NCBI GenBank assembly: GCA_010093815.1
Contig: ML996575.1
Reading direction: 5' to 3' (one strand)
DNA length: 64,000 nt
Source: Pseudovirgaria hyperparasitica
Taxonomy: Eukaryota
Part shown: piece after piece, positions 1 to 14,553 of the stretch
How the letters are laid out: each line of letters opens with the position of its first letter
How positions within the stretch are numbered: the stretch's first letter is position 1
Notes under the pieces: model-generated
What the model saw: only the letters and a program-made list of their open reading frames with translations
What the model was told of the DNA's origin: nothing
Database searches by the model: none
Translations under genes and position numbers: made by a program

Positions 1-232
1 TGGGATGGAATGTGTATTGGGAAATTCTTGGATTGGGTAGAATGTACTGTAGATAGTGGATGCGATGGAATGTATTGTGTATACACATCCCCAGCAAAAG
101 GTATGAGAGAACATGGGGGATGTTAGTTATGTTGGGTCTTTGAGTATGCACATTGTGTATAATGCGCTGACACTTGATTATTGAATGCATAAATTTTGTC
201 TAAGGTCATGAAATGTCATTAATTAATATGCT

Positions 233-1630
<1,398 letters not shown>

Positions 1631-4195
1631 TATGGAGACTGAGCCCGAGTATCAAAGTCGACTTGTCTGACGAGCCAGTGCTCTGATCTGGGACCCGGTC
1701 CATTACTTATATCCCACGAGTGTCCAACGCATAACTGCCTCGGTGGAGCATAGCATGCATACAGAGCCGGTTGTTGTCGCTGGTAATGCTGTATATCAAA
1801 CGTCCGCAAGCTGACGCATATCAGGGGGAGGATAAATCCAGCCTTTCGAATAAAGTGTTTGCCCAGAATTGCATGTTGTAGCATCAAAAAAGACATGTAT
1901 CTCGTGTTTCGACTGTGACTTTTCAGAAGATCTCACATCGTTTACTGGCGAAGCGGAGGCAGGATAGGACGGATCGTGCCGTGCCAACCTTGCGCCCCTG
2001 GTGCCTTCGTTGCATTCCACAAATACGAGTGGCTAGGCGAGCATAACAATCTGCTAACAAGATAAAAGAAGGCAAGCGGTCAGCTTGACACGTTTTCGAT
2101 GGCAGTCATGCTGGGTCGGAGAAATTACCAACGACCGAGATGGCGGAAAATCGGCTATTCTCCGATACAGCCTCCAGCCCCGAGCTGGATCGCAAAAATC
2201 AGGCAGCAGGGCGGCGACTCAGAGTATGTCGAAGGGTTCCGTCATGATCCGTACGGCGTATGGTCCTTGTTCAAGGCACCAGAGAGCAGTTGCCCTAATG
2301 ACTTGACGCCGTGATGTTGCTGATGATAGGAGTTCATACTTTTCCGATAGTGGTCACAAAGCGAGCTTTTTCAAGCTGAACCTTTTCAGGCAACCCTTGA
2401 GGCATACTCCTTTGACCAATAGGCCGTGTGGCGCCCACATAGGATATTCAACAGTCTTTCTTCAATACGAAATGAGTGAATAGCGTTCAAAGATTGAGAT
2501 CTCCAGCATGTCGTGACGCCAACAGACTGTTCGTGGTTTGCCGTTTGATGCTTATACCGTAATAATGAAGCATCCATGGTACGGTGAGTTGCAAGGGCAG
2601 GAAGCGTCGACTACTAGTCCTCGAACAGCCAAAGACTCTCTCAGCCCTACCTAGATGTAAACAGTCTAGGTCAGCTACCAACATGGTACTGAGAAATCGC
2701 TCAGTTGAGGCTGATATGGCAATCGGGGCAACTTGGGGTTGAATCCGGCTTTCGAGGTTGTTCGAGCTGGCAAGCTACGAATAGATATACCAATGTGTTG
2801 TACTGATCAGGAAATGCCAGCACTCTATCAGACCAATAATTCATAGATTTTGCAGCGAGCAACCGTTCGAACGGTTGTATATCCATCGGAGAGCGCATCA
2901 AGGGGCACAGAGGCCCCCGTCCCGGCATCTAATGATTGACATCTGTAGCCACAAAAAGAAAGCAAAAAGCAAATGAAGCGGCCATGTTCCGTGTATGAGG
3001 AGAGAACCAAGGCGCGAGCGTGATTTGCCAAGCCCGGTCATCCGATACGGGATTCAGGTTACGCATGACAGTAGAAGATTTTACATGACTAGATTTTCTC
3101 AGACACCTTGCTTCAATCACCCGTTGTGCATTTCCCAAGTCCAGCATGTTATATCTGCCTTTCAAGCTGAATGTAGCAGTCGTTTCGTCAACCGCATATG
3201 GTCTCTCCCGAACAAATCAGGCCACCGCTAATTAGTACAAACCTTAAAGGGGTGGGCCTCTAAGGATTTCTGGTCGTTTCACAGTACAACGGTATAATTA
3301 ATTAATCAGAGGCAGAATCCCCTTTGTTTGTCGGCTGGGCCTAGAACTTCTTATTCATCACTGTCAAACACTCGAAACACAGCCGATGAGTCGCCAAGAC
3401 TTCTCCTCTCCGCCTTCTCTATCGCCGCGTGGCCTGCATGACGATGATCGAAGGCCAAGCCTACTGCATACATCCCTGAGCCTCTACCGACACGATGGTC
3501 ATCTCATCCCAAGTCATTTGGCAAATACACTGCCAGGCCCACCTGTGTCCTCGGCCCCGGTAACCGTTGTGCTTGGCCCCAAGGAATCTCGAACGCTGGA
3601 AGACAGCGACGTGCTAGGTTCCCGCTGTCCATTTCCCCTTGGCCATCGCCCTACGCCTACTCGGGCATCGGACTTTGGCTTTGTTGGGAAAGTTATTAGC
3701 CCTACTAACAATGTGGCATGATAAAGTCTCCCCTATGCCTTCATAAGAATGGTGTGAGTCCGCTCGTTTCCGGGCACGATGTTCAAGAGATTCTTCTTGG
3801 CGCAATCCTTGCTTCGCGAGAGACGACTGGACAGCCAAGGTCACCGACCTACCACGAACCCGTCATTTTCGACCGTGGCTTTACGCTTCCTAATTAACTT
3901 TGGCTTGTCGAAATGTCCTGGCAATGAGGCTAACAGCGACCCATCAGCGCATTCTTAAACACCATTGTTCTGCCCGTTGTGAACTTGTGACACCATGTTT
4001 TGTACTTAACGGTCCATAGGAACCTTTTATGCCTCGATTTCTCATTCCGTTGTGCAACAATCCAGAGATACTGTTTGCGGTATCCAGCCTCTTTAGCCTT
4101 CATTTTATTTCATCCTTTTAATTTAAAGTCAACCTTTCTCTCGCCTCGAGCTCTGGTTCCGCTTACTATTCTGTCCTCATCCCTTTCGTACCACG

Positions 4196-5093
4196 ATGTT
4201 GTCAATACTTTCTCTCACCCTGTGCGCTGCGAGCCTGGTACTGGCGTGCTCCGATCACACAGAATATCATCGCGCAAAGCGCCAGATCGCCGAAAAGGAT
4301 TGGGCCTACGAAGCTTCATACAATTGGGGAAAAATCAACCCAGGCAAGTGTCCGCCAGACACCTACCTATAGGACAGTCAGCTAACCTATATCCTCTACA
4401 GACTACGAGCTCTGCCAAACAGGCACAATGCAGTCCCCCATCCCTCTCTTACTGACACAAGGTCTATCTCTCAACCACCGTCCCACATTCAACTTCCCCG
4501 AGACCACAAACGGCACGTTCCGCAACTGGGGCTACGGCCCGGGCTTCAACGTCTACACCGGTGCTGACATCACCAAAAACCCTTCTGTCACCTTCGAGGA
4601 GAACATCGAAGACCCCGGGACCGGTGCCCTGAGTTCTCGCAACGAAACGGCCTACCTCCTCGGCTGGCACATTCACTCCCCGGCAGACCACAGTGTCGGT
4701 GGAGACCGGTCCAAAGCCGAGCTACACTTCGTCTTTGCCAAACCCGACGGCCACGAGCGCGCCGTCTTCGCCGTCCGAATCGACCCCGGCAACTCCGAGT
4801 CTGCCTTTTTCGCGCAATTGCCCAATCCGCTCATCTCGTGGCGCGATGCGGCGACCGAGAAGTCGGGCGTGGAGATGAACCTGAACCTGGCGCTGGAGGA
4901 GGCGAACACGTTCAATGAGTTCTGGACGTACCGTGGGAGTCTGACTAGTCCGCCGTGTACGGAGGGGCTGCGGTGGTTTGTGGCGCGGAATATCCTGTTT
5001 GTCAGTAATGCGCAGATGCAGGAGATTCTGAGGGTCAGCACGTATTCTGCGAGGGCTGAGCAGGAGGTTTGGCTGCATGCTGTCAATGTGTGA
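4196..5093 (+). CDS. Secreted alpha-class carbonic anhydrase
   Basis: ATG 4196 with signal peptide MLSILSLTLCAASLVLA. One intron 4344-4401 (GC-AG). Motifs CQTGTMQSPI, zinc ligands WHIHSPADH and ELHFV, and YRGSLTSPPCTEG. Confidence 0.93.
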
Positions 5094-5329
5094 GATCAGG
5101 TCTGGACGGACGTTTCTGCTTTGTTGTCACTACTGGGCGGTTTGGTGATGTTGGCGCTTTTCAGTTGGGTGGATGGGTAGGCAAGTGGTTTCGGTGTGGG
5201 GTGTGCAGCATTTTAAAGGTGAAAAAGCATAGGTGTGGCCTTGTGACATTAATGTATACTTCAGCGTCTTAATCCAGATCATGATGTTACCGGGCCTACT
5301 GGTCATAGCAACATAGGCCATCTTACCAA

Positions 5330-5620
5330 GGTTGAATACTACTACTGTTCATGTCCAGCACCAACTTGCTATCGAACCATTAAGCGAGCGTCAGAGTCTA
5401 GTACCCCTTAATTAGTATCCGGACCTTATCATATAAGCTCCCATAATCAGTAGAGATCTAGAACAAGTGTAAGGTACTATCTAGTGCTAAACATTAAGCT
5501 TGCTAGATAACATCTACTTTTAGTACTAATTAATAATAGATCTAGTGAGATAATCTCATTATTCAGTTATTCGAGTACTGTTTCAGGCATGAGTAATGAG
5601 ACAGATATCTAGAGCGAGAA
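5330..5620. other. AT-rich, TpA-rich patch (RIP-like degenerate sequence)
   Basis: Visibly enriched in TA/CTAG/TAG (e.g. tagtactaattaataatagatctagt), no ORF; boundaries approximate. Confidence 0.45.
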
Positions 5621-5943
5621 ATGTCACTGTTATGTCACTGCGCGACTGATTAGAAACGCCTGCACGAGGAATGACATTCAACGCATCCCACATGCAGAAA
5701 TGGTCCTACAATCTTTGTCACATCCCACATCCTAATGTGGTCCTTCAATTTTGTCACAGACCACAGACCTACGTTCATGGCTCGCATAGCCCCGGAATAT
5801 AAGTTACGGCCGTTTCTCGTGGAGAGAGCTCCGTGGCAACAGCAGTTCCTCCGAAGGATCCACAGTGATAAATCCATGTAAGCTCTCTTATTCTTAGCCA
5901 TACCTATAGCGCGTCTAATCATGCTGTAGCATCTGCACTCACA

Positions 5944-6405
5944 ATGCGGTTCTTCAATTTTAACACCATCCTCGCCGCAGCCATGCTCGCTCTTCCATCT
6001 GCCCTTGCGGCAGACTGTCGGGACCTGGAGACCTGCCTCACCTACTACGAAGACGCAGAATGCAAAGGACCCCTCGGCAATGTGACCGGCAAACCTTTCG
6101 ACGGACTCGGCAGCTACGCCGTCACCTGCAAAAACAATTGCTTTCACTATCCCGCAAGTTTCAAAAGCCTGCAGTTCGACAACTACGACGGTGTTTACAT
6201 TAGTTGCGAAGTCTTTACCGATTCCGATTGCAGGAAAAATAAGAAAAAACTTGAATCAGATCATGGAACTGTTTATGCTATAAAAGATCCAAAGGGGGAC
6301 CATGGCTTACAGCGAACGTGCGCCAAGCATGAGGGCGAGGGCGACTGGAAGAGTATGAAATGCGTCAAGAGCACGTGCCCGGATTGGTCGTTGGCGTGGT
6401 GGTGA
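5944..6405 (+). CDS. Small secreted cysteine-rich protein (153 aa, 10 Cys), effector candidate
   Basis: Intronless ORF, acaATG context, signal peptide MRFFNFNTILAAAMLALPSALA, 10 Cys in the mature part, no family recognised. Confidence 0.85.
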   Translation: MRFFNFNTILAAAMLALPSALAADCRDLETCLTYYEDAECKGPLGNVTGKPFDGLGSYAVTCKNNCFHYPASFKSLQFDNYDGVYISCEVFTDSDCRKNKKKLESDHGTVYAIKDPKGDHGLQRTCAKHEGEGDWKSMKCVKSTCPDWSLAWW

Positions 6406-6639
6406 CACGGTTCACGGACTTGTTATGTGCCTAGAACTTAACACTCTTGGCACTCATACCCGTGTGTTCTCTCTGTCCTCGAATCAGAGAGATTGTCATA
6501 CAGGCATCATAAGCTCATACTATACCTCGCCAAGTGTACGGGGTAGCGTGTGAGGCACCTATCTTGGGCAATCTTACATGTCTATATAGTGACCTAGGAC
6601 TGCAGGACAGCGACTTATCGAGTAGTCACGGACATGGAT

Positions 6640-7210
6640 GTATATAACAACGCAATTGTATATAGAGACATTACCTTACAAGAACAAGAAACATTTGAAA
6701 GGAATAATCAAACAGCGTGAAGTAGATGCTACTTAATAACTTCAGACCTAGGTATAAGCTATAAGTAACTACTCTATATACACTATATGGCTATCTAGGC
6801 CCTAGGTAGAATAATGTGTTAGTTTATAGTGTGACTACTAAGAGAGAGGGAGAAAATAAAGATGAAAAGAAGTTTCTGGAGAGGTGTCCTATATCATAAA
6901 ATATACTACTATCCAGATTCTCTTCTAGATATAAAGTAGCTAGAAAACAATCTATATCGGTATATAATACCTTCTTTATAATTAATTATTTATATATACC
7001 AGCAGTAGACAGGAAATCTATCTACACTTCTCAACATTAAGAGCGGTAGAAGGGAGATATATCAAACGTATAATGCAATATAAGAGTATATAAGTATAAT
7101 TCTTTAAGATACCATTCCCTTCTCCAAGCGTGCGCTCCTCTAGGGCGAGACACGTTCAGCTACTATGAGAAAAGTACACTGATGGTACGCTCTCCTCTCT
7201 TCATATATAC
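6640..7210. other. AT-rich, TpA-rich patch (RIP-like degenerate sequence)
   Basis: No ORF of 60 aa or more in 6406-7549; runs such as tatataataccttctttataattaattatttatatatacc; boundaries approximate. Confidence 0.5.
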
Positions 7211-7631
7211 TACGTAAGTATCAAACAAGATCCACTGATAGGACATAGCACAGAAACGTAACAGAGAGAGCCATCTGCGACCTGGGCGTGTAGCACAATG
7301 ACGTACGTCTAGGTCCTTGGCATGAATTCACACCTTCCACATTCGAAGATAGCCAGTATTTGAATTGAAACCAGTTAAGACCGTGAGTCGGTATCCCTCT
7401 AAATGTCTCTCAGTCCAAGACATTCTATCCCAGCTCTCGAGTACCTAAGCTTCAACTAACCTCCACCCCGTCCTGATTCCTGAACACGATCCCCACACCT
7501 ACCAAACAAGCCCCGTCTGCAGAATCATAACTCCTCCTACTTCCCACCCTCACCAATCCTCCCACTCCCCAGAGAAAACCAAGCCCTCACACCAGCACCC
7601 CTTTTCCCATATTCTCCACCGTCTCCCAAGA

Positions 7632-8207
7632 ATGTCAGACTCCGCCATCTGCACCCACGCCACCACGCCTCCCATCCTCATCAACACAACCAACCTCTCC
7701 GGCCAGATCTGCGGCGCCAACATCCGCCCGTCGACGGCATCAACAGTGTCCTCCTCCGGCTTCTCCATCGCAACCTGCTGTGATGAAGGCGCGGAGGTGC
7801 GTGTTCAGGACGACTGCACTCAGTTTTGCAAGTACGGCTTGACTGAGGTGGATTTCCGGCGCTGCGTGGCGGGATTGTTTGATGGTAGACCGAAGACAGG
7901 GCTGGATGTTTATTGTGAGGCTGTGGATGAGGGGATTGGTGGGGGAGGGGGTAGTAGTAGTGGTGGTGTGAGTTGGAGTTCGATGGTGACGGAGACGGTG
8001 GCCAGCACACCGACGGAGGTGCCAACGATGGTCGAATCAACCGTAATGAGCGCAGAACCGGCGCCTCCAAGTGGTCTGTAGTGCCCTTGACGTATAAACG
8101 GATCCACGCTGACAGAGCGCTCAGAAACTGGTGCGGCGAGCCACTTGCCGAGTTCAAAGATGGCGGTTGGGATATTAGGTGCGGTGATGGCAGTTCTTGG
8201 ATTTTGA
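7632..8207 (+). CDS. 8-Cys, Ser/Thr/Gly-rich protein with hydrophobic GPI-signal-like C-terminus
   Basis: ORF from 7632, then intron 8074-8124 (G|GTCTGT...GCTGAC...CAG) joining in frame to ETGAASHLPSSKMAVGILGAVMAVLGF* (TGA 8205-8207). Confidence 0.7.
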
Positions 8208-8473
8208 CGTGACTGGACATAGTTTAAATGGTGGGAATGCAAAACAGTTCGTCGACTACGGAGCTTTGGAAGACCAATAAGGGCCACACAGGTCAATTGG
8301 CCGGCGTATGAAGGTCGAATACATTTCAACAGGACCGGGAGGAGAGTAGTGTCATCACAATGGTTCATATACCACGAAAGTGTGAATTTTGCTCTCTGCC
8401 GTTGCAAGGTGCAGAATGAAAGCTTCAGGAAATACTACGTGGGAAGCAGAGACATCTAGCGCGAGCTTGTATT

Positions 8474-10778
8474 CTACCCCAAACCGGGATCAGGACTGTC
8501 ACTGGCATCCCATTGCGCCAACAACTGATCAACACGATACTGCGTTGCCCAACCAGTGTCCGTTTCAATCTCTCTCAGTAGTGACAGGACTAGCTCGCGG
8601 TCTCGACGGTCAGTGAAACATTGCCCGGCCACATACAGCGGCTGTATACCATGAATTCGAATGGATGCCTCGCTCTGCGAAAGTGCAATACTGACAATTT
8701 CCTGACAATGTCTCTGACAGAACTCAAGAACGTTTCCGTAAGACTTTGTCCGAGCCGCTACGGTAGAGCGTCCAGCGGTAGACTCGTGAGGCTTGTTGAT
8801 CAGAAGGAGTACTTGACTAAAGTGGTAATGCTGCATAGTGGCAGCACACATCGGAATGCTAAACCATACTTCGTGAAATCGATGATCGGTTGCAAAATCT
8901 TCATTTGGTGGGTCCAGGCGGGCTGGGGGGAAGAACGTCTGTGGCAGTATGTCGTACCACTTCTGAAAATGCTTCTCTAGGCAATACCAGAATTCGAGCA
9001 GATTGCGCTGTTTGGCGCCGAGCCATGCGCCTCCTCCAACTTCAGGAGGAACATCGTCTCCTGAAGCCATGAAGTTTACAAGCTTCATCATTAGCCATAT
9101 AAGACCATTTGATATAAGGTCCTCTTTCATTCCAGTGTAGTTGTCGTCGTTGCTAGCCTCAATGAACCCATCAGCATCTACTATAAGGCCTGCCTCTCGC
9201 CAGAGTTCGTGGTCTTCCGTATCTATACGTGTATAGGTATTGTTGATGACTGTCAAGTGTAAGTGCAGAACCTCAAATCTACAGCACTACAGACTAGCGT
9301 CGTGGTATGATCAAGTTAAGTGGCATGACTTACAAGCCGCAAGCATGTCTTGTCTGGCAATGTTCCAGAACGTAGCCTTCTTGGCTTTCAGTAGCGGACT
9401 TGGACTGACGGAAAAAGAAACACGCTCGAACGGCATCATCTGCTCCTTTGCGATATCCAACAGTGACCTGGCCCCACTGAGATGTCGTGACCACTCTGGA
9501 TTGGATGCATCCAGGAATTCATACACACCCAAGATGGCCGAAGCAACCAATAGTTCGACCGAATGAGGGCAAGATATAGATTGATTATTCATGCGGCGTC
9601 GTTTTTGTCCTGGCGCCTCTACGCCGTCCTGGAGATCTACAGTGCCCCCTAATTCGTTGGCTCGAGCCGACGAATCGTCCATTAGCCGCTGACGAAGAAT
9701 GTGTATAGCCTGATTGTAGTATTCTGTGGCTTTGTGAGACCAATTCACGTTCTGGTCTCCAGGATACAGCTCAGTGCGACCGACACGGGACTTCTTCCCA
9801 CCATATGTTGGCTTACCACCGTGAATATGTGCGAGTGCTTTGGCTGCGAGTGCAATGGCGGAGTACTTGAGGAGTGGATGCAGGAGGGCTTTTACAGGAA
9901 CGTAGTACGAAAAATAGAGCCCAAGATCGAATAAGTCCATCCATAAGCCAGGACCCTCTGAGAAGTAGCGTAGCAAATATGCAACTTCTCGATTGTTCTC
10001 CGGTGGGTGTCTTCCTCCAAGAGAGGTAGTTGTTCTATTGCGATGTGACGACATCCTCCGCAATGGTGAAACGGCGTTTGGAGACGATTGCTGCAGAGTT
10101 TGATCGACTGGATTCAGAATAAAGTCAAGATTGAGGTTTTTCATCATGGTCGTCCGAGGAGAGAGCCCAAGGTCCATTGTGGTCGTAGAGCTAGGAGAGC
10201 GGAGGTGTTGTCCGCCTGCTGCATCCATCGCAAATGAAAGCTGCTCAGGGGTCTGGGTAGCTTCTGAGACACAGGTGTCAGACTGCATCGCTTGATCCAT
10301 CAGCACCACTGAATGACAATCCGTGTTGCTATCGAGAGGTGTCATGAAAGCTGCATTTGGCGAATATTGTTTGATATTCGGATCGTGGGACGAGCTCGAC
10401 TGTGGTGAAGTGACATATGTAGGATGTGGGGACGAGGGATCTTCGTAGGGGTTCGTCGTGTGTACGAATGTGACATTCTTCGGTATGGAGAGCCAAACAC
10501 TTTCGTCGTCGAACGTGTTCTTGTAAGAGTAATATCTTCCCAGGGCTGCTTGCTCGCCAGCATCATCGATCCCACCATTCATGGATGCATTGTGCTGATG
10601 TCGGAACGTTATCCCGGAACTTGGAACGCATTTTCGAGAAGCCTTGATACACTGCGAGCATTCAGGCTTCTCTTCACTGCATTTGAGCTTGCGCTGGCGG
10701 CAGGTCAGACTATTGTAAGTTTAGCTGGATTGTAGAAGAGCGGGATGGAACAGATTACCATCCAGTTCGGGAGCGCAT
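8474..10778 (-). CDS. Zn(II)2Cys6 transcription factor with fungal-specific TF C-terminal domain
   Basis: ATG 10778; intron 10710-10758 restores MRSRTGCLTCRQRKLKCSEEKPECSQCIKASRKC; intron 9250-9333 joins ORFs 9311-10582 and 8474-9256 (LAAFINNTYTRID). Confidence 0.92.
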
Positions 10779-11466
10779 CAGAAACGATTAGTCTGATCGG
10801 CAACTAGTCTCGTCAAATCATGACGAACGTGATAGGGCTCCTGAATGGCGTCAAGAGAGCATTTAGGAAGCATAGCTGTTGAAGTTGCGAAAACGACAAT
10901 CACAGAGAACGAAGAGTGCGGGGAGACAGAGTGCCGCGAAGCGGGGTGTGTAACTAGGGGGAGGTCGACGCGACATCGAATGAGATTTTAACCTCGCGAT
11001 GCTGGTAGAAAGTATTAGCAATCGCAATCGCGAATACAGTACATGCACTCGATCCGGCTGTATATGCATGCTGTTCTGCGGAATATGCTGAAGAATCTTG
11101 TGCTTGCGTCCAACCACGCGTGAATAAGAGACTTTAAGATGAGACAAAACACGAGTCAGTGAGATCGTACGATGTCGTCTTGATACAAGCTAAACGAAGA
11201 TCCACGGCAGGTCGTGCAGCAAATACGTAAACTCGTTTTCATCATTAATTGGACCGTTTATCATTGATATGCAAGGGGCGTTATCTAAATGAGACGGGAT
11301 GAACCAAGCAGCCACACCAGGTGCCGTAGAAAAGCCTACGTGCTGGCAGGCTCAAACGATGGGTATCGAGTTGGCAAAATAAGACAGATAAATCCCGTTG
11401 TGATGCCCGACTCTGCCAATCGAGCGCCACATTGCTTGAATGGGTACTTATTGTGCAATTCTGAGC

Positions 11467-12261
11467 TCATAGGCTTCCTCTCCTGCTTGGAAACTGGACA
11501 CCATCCACGGCTGGCGAGTCTGTGAACCAGGAGACCCGGTCTTGACCAAAGGAGTTGACGAGACCAGACGGTAACGAGTGGCCCTCCTCCGTATCGAAAA
11601 TCTGCCTCATGATCTCCTTCTTGCCGCCACCAGTGGCCACAAAGGCAATCTTGATTCCGTGAGTTGCCACGGGAAGGGAGATTGTGATGCGCTTCGGTGG
11701 GGGTTTGGGAGAATTATCGATAGGCAGAACCCAAGCATCAGTCTCGCGGAGCAGTGGCGAGCCTGGGAACAAGCTGCAGGTGTGGCCATCAGGACCGCAT
11801 CCAAGCAGGAGGAGGTCAAACATGGGTAGCTTGACACTGTCACGCGACGCGAATTCCTTGACCAGAGTCTTTTCGTATTGATCCGCCATTTCTTGAGTGT
11901 CGTCCAGGTATTCCACGTCAATCGGGAAAACAGTCGGCTTTCCCATCTCTTCTGGAATCTTATCCAACAACTCGTCCTTTAGGAGTTTATAGTTGCTGTC
12001 CTCGTGGTCGAGTGGAACAGCACGCTCATCTGCGAAGAAGATGCGCCATTTCGCAAATTGGACCTGATCGGTCGGACTGCTGCTCTTACTTTGCAAAAGG
12101 GCTTTGGCGAGGACTTTGGGCAGTGAGCCACCAGATACACCAACGCGAAAAACCTCGTGTCTCTCTATGGCAACGTTTTGAGCGTCCAATACGAACGACC
12201 GGAGATTTCTGGCGAGGTCTTCCGGGTCGGCGAAAGCGTATAGGTTTGGGGGCTTAACCAT
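11467..12261 (-). CDS. 6-phosphogluconolactonase (yeast Sol1/Sol3 family)
   Basis: Intronless 264 aa ORF with GVSGGSLP, FFADERAVPLDHEDSNY, DLLLLGCGPDGHTCSLFP and SPKPPPKRIT motifs. Confidence 0.96.
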   Translation of the reverse strand: MVKPPNLYAFADPEDLARNLRSFVLDAQNVAIERHEVFRVGVSGGSLPKVLAKALLQSKSSSPTDQVQFAKWRIFFADERAVPLDHEDSNYKLLKDELLDKIPEEMGKPTVFPIDVEYLDDTQEMADQYEKTLVKEFASRDSVKLPMFDLLLLGCGPDGHTCSLFPGSPLLRETDAWVLPIDNSPKPPPKRITISLPVATHGIKIAFVATGGGKKEIMRQIFDTEEGHSLPSGLVNSFGQDRVSWFTDSPAVDGVQFPSRRGSL

Positions 12262-13939
12262 TGCGACGGAGTAGCGGAGTGTGACGGAATGGAGGACAGT
12301 GGGGTCGGAGTAATTACAGCTAATACTGTTGATGGAATAAAAAAGCTAATATTATGGCAGAGAAGGCAGAGTGTCAACGATGCGGGCGCGGGGACAGGTG
12401 TGGCAGACCGGGAAATTTAATAAGCGGCAGGATGATGAAGGAGATTATGACGATAGTGACAAGTGGGCCGGTCATCCATGGTTTGTCGGGGCGCCTTGCC
12501 CGCTGGCGATCCGTCCACCACAACAGAACGCTGCGTTTCACATGCTGATCGAACGTCGAATTGTTTTGCGGTCTCTAGATGAGTTTTCCCGGATTTTCAT
12601 GTCAGAATGGAATTTATTCGCCGCAAACGGCAGACGGTATCACCATTCGTTACCGCTGTCTACGGGTGAAGATGTTCTCCATATGATGCCGGTAGAGATA
12701 AGTGACTAAGCCAAGTGCAGCACTGCAGTGACCCTCGGAGCTTCAGGAAAAGCCACCCAACCCCGAGACGAGGCCAAGTTAGAAATTAAACATTATTGCA
12801 TCACAAGTATTAGGTACATGCCCAGTCATCCCGTTCCATTGTCGCATTCCATTGTCCCATTGTCCTGTTGTTGTCAACGTACACGTGCCGACAGCGCTAG
12901 TCCCTGTTCATCCAATTGTTTTGATTCCCTCAGCGAGCATACCAGGCAATCGTGTATGCACAATGGAGTCGTGAGTGAGTTTGGCTCTACTTAGGTACTG
13001 GTATCTCGTTCTCGTATCCCAGACAATGATTATCAGTGTCGCCGCGACTACGTTCAAGCATTGAGAAGAGACATTTAAGCGCCCACGCCTAAGACACCGC
13101 TTTCTGGTCGAAGTGAGTACAATTTAATTAGTCCTTCTGTCCACGCAGAGCATCGATGTACCCTGCGAAGCTTCATCACACTGCGCAGCCTCTCTTGTTT
13201 GAAGCAGGTATTTGGCATTAAGTAGATTTAGCTACCTTCCCCTAAAGTGTCAGACACGCAAGACATACCAACCGAAAGGCCTGAGGACGATTTCAGAATA
13301 TGATATATGTGGTGTCAACCTGTTATACTAGACAGCACTGATACGCCAGCGAGAGCAGACACCATTCTGAACACGATGCTCATAGCACCATTTCAATCAC
13401 GATGCATAGCCACACGGCAGATGGCATTCCACCATGGAGTCTGTCATCGGAGACTAGTCCGAACCACATCCCCACGATTAGTCTTCATCTGAGTATCGAC
13501 GGCATAATGCTCAGTACAAACAAAAGAGCCAGCTGCGCAGCAAATGTACGCCAATGATACACCAGAACTAATCCGTATCAAGCTAAGCGCAGTTAGGCAT
13601 CAACTCGTTTCAAGAGTATGCACCTGAAGGATTTAACTGCGCCACCTTCAAAAGTGTCGCGTATGGTACGGATCTCCAATCGATATTTAGTGGAAGTCCA
13701 ACAACCCATACCTGAGGAGGAAAGGACTTTACTACTAGCAACAACATTTCGTTTCGCTGAAAATAGCACAGCACCCCCACCCCCAAAGGCAAATATCAAG
13801 CCATCAGCCGCAGCCCAGTCTTGCAATTCTACCCTGAAGAATTCATTAACATTACTACATAAACGTGCTCGCATCATACAGTAGCCAGACATGCCCACAC
13901 GAATTCACAACACACGCTGAACCTTCATACACACAAAAC

Positions 13940-14553
13940 ATGGCCCCTCACGCCCCAACACCCCTTCCATCAAACATCCAGACACTCTCATCATCCCCCT
14001 CCTCATCCCCAATCCCCATGTCCTCCCGTCTCTGCCCCAACGCCCGCTTCTGCTGGAACTTTGAATGGAGCAGCTACACCCTCTCCAACGCCGACTCCGC
14101 AACCCTCGCACGACGAGTCTGCATGATTGTCATTCTCGCCCTAAGCACCACGATCGACGCATTCACTGCCTTCTTCGCACTCAAAGGCATGCATCTAGTC
14201 AGCTTCGTGCTCGACGTGATTCTGGGCGTGCTAGGCTTCTTCTTCATTGCCTGGTGTCTCGTGCAGATTGGGGAACTGAGGGGTGTGCGTATTGTGCTGG
14301 GGAAGACGCTGGTGAGTGTGCACGCTCGTGTGTTCTAGACTGCGGTGATACTGATGATTGTCGAAAGACGAGGTCGCATTTCGACGTGTTTCTGGGCGTC
14401 ATGGCGGTGTATCATGTGGGGTTGTTGGTGGGCTTGTTTACGGGGCTTATGCTCTTGGGTGTGACGGGGACGGGGTTGGTAGCGTGGCTTTTGATCTTTG
14501 CGGCGGCGTGGATAGCGACCTGGACGCCGGAGTATGGGAGTGTTATGGTTTAG
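13940..14553 (+). CDS. Hypothetical small integral membrane protein (~4 TM)
   Basis: aacATG at 13940; phase-0 intron 14312-14367 (GTGAGT...CTGAT...AAG) joins two ORFs that each carry two hydrophobic segments. Confidence 0.75.

Noticed and set aside
3386..3721. 111-aa ORF between the protease and carbonic anhydrase genes
   Set aside because: No motif, signal peptide or splice support; likely chance.
11284..11469. Cryptic peroxisomal PTS1 via readthrough of 6-phosphogluconolactonase
   Set aside because: Stop context is TGA-GCT, not leaky, and the downstream frame does not end in an SKL-like tripeptide.
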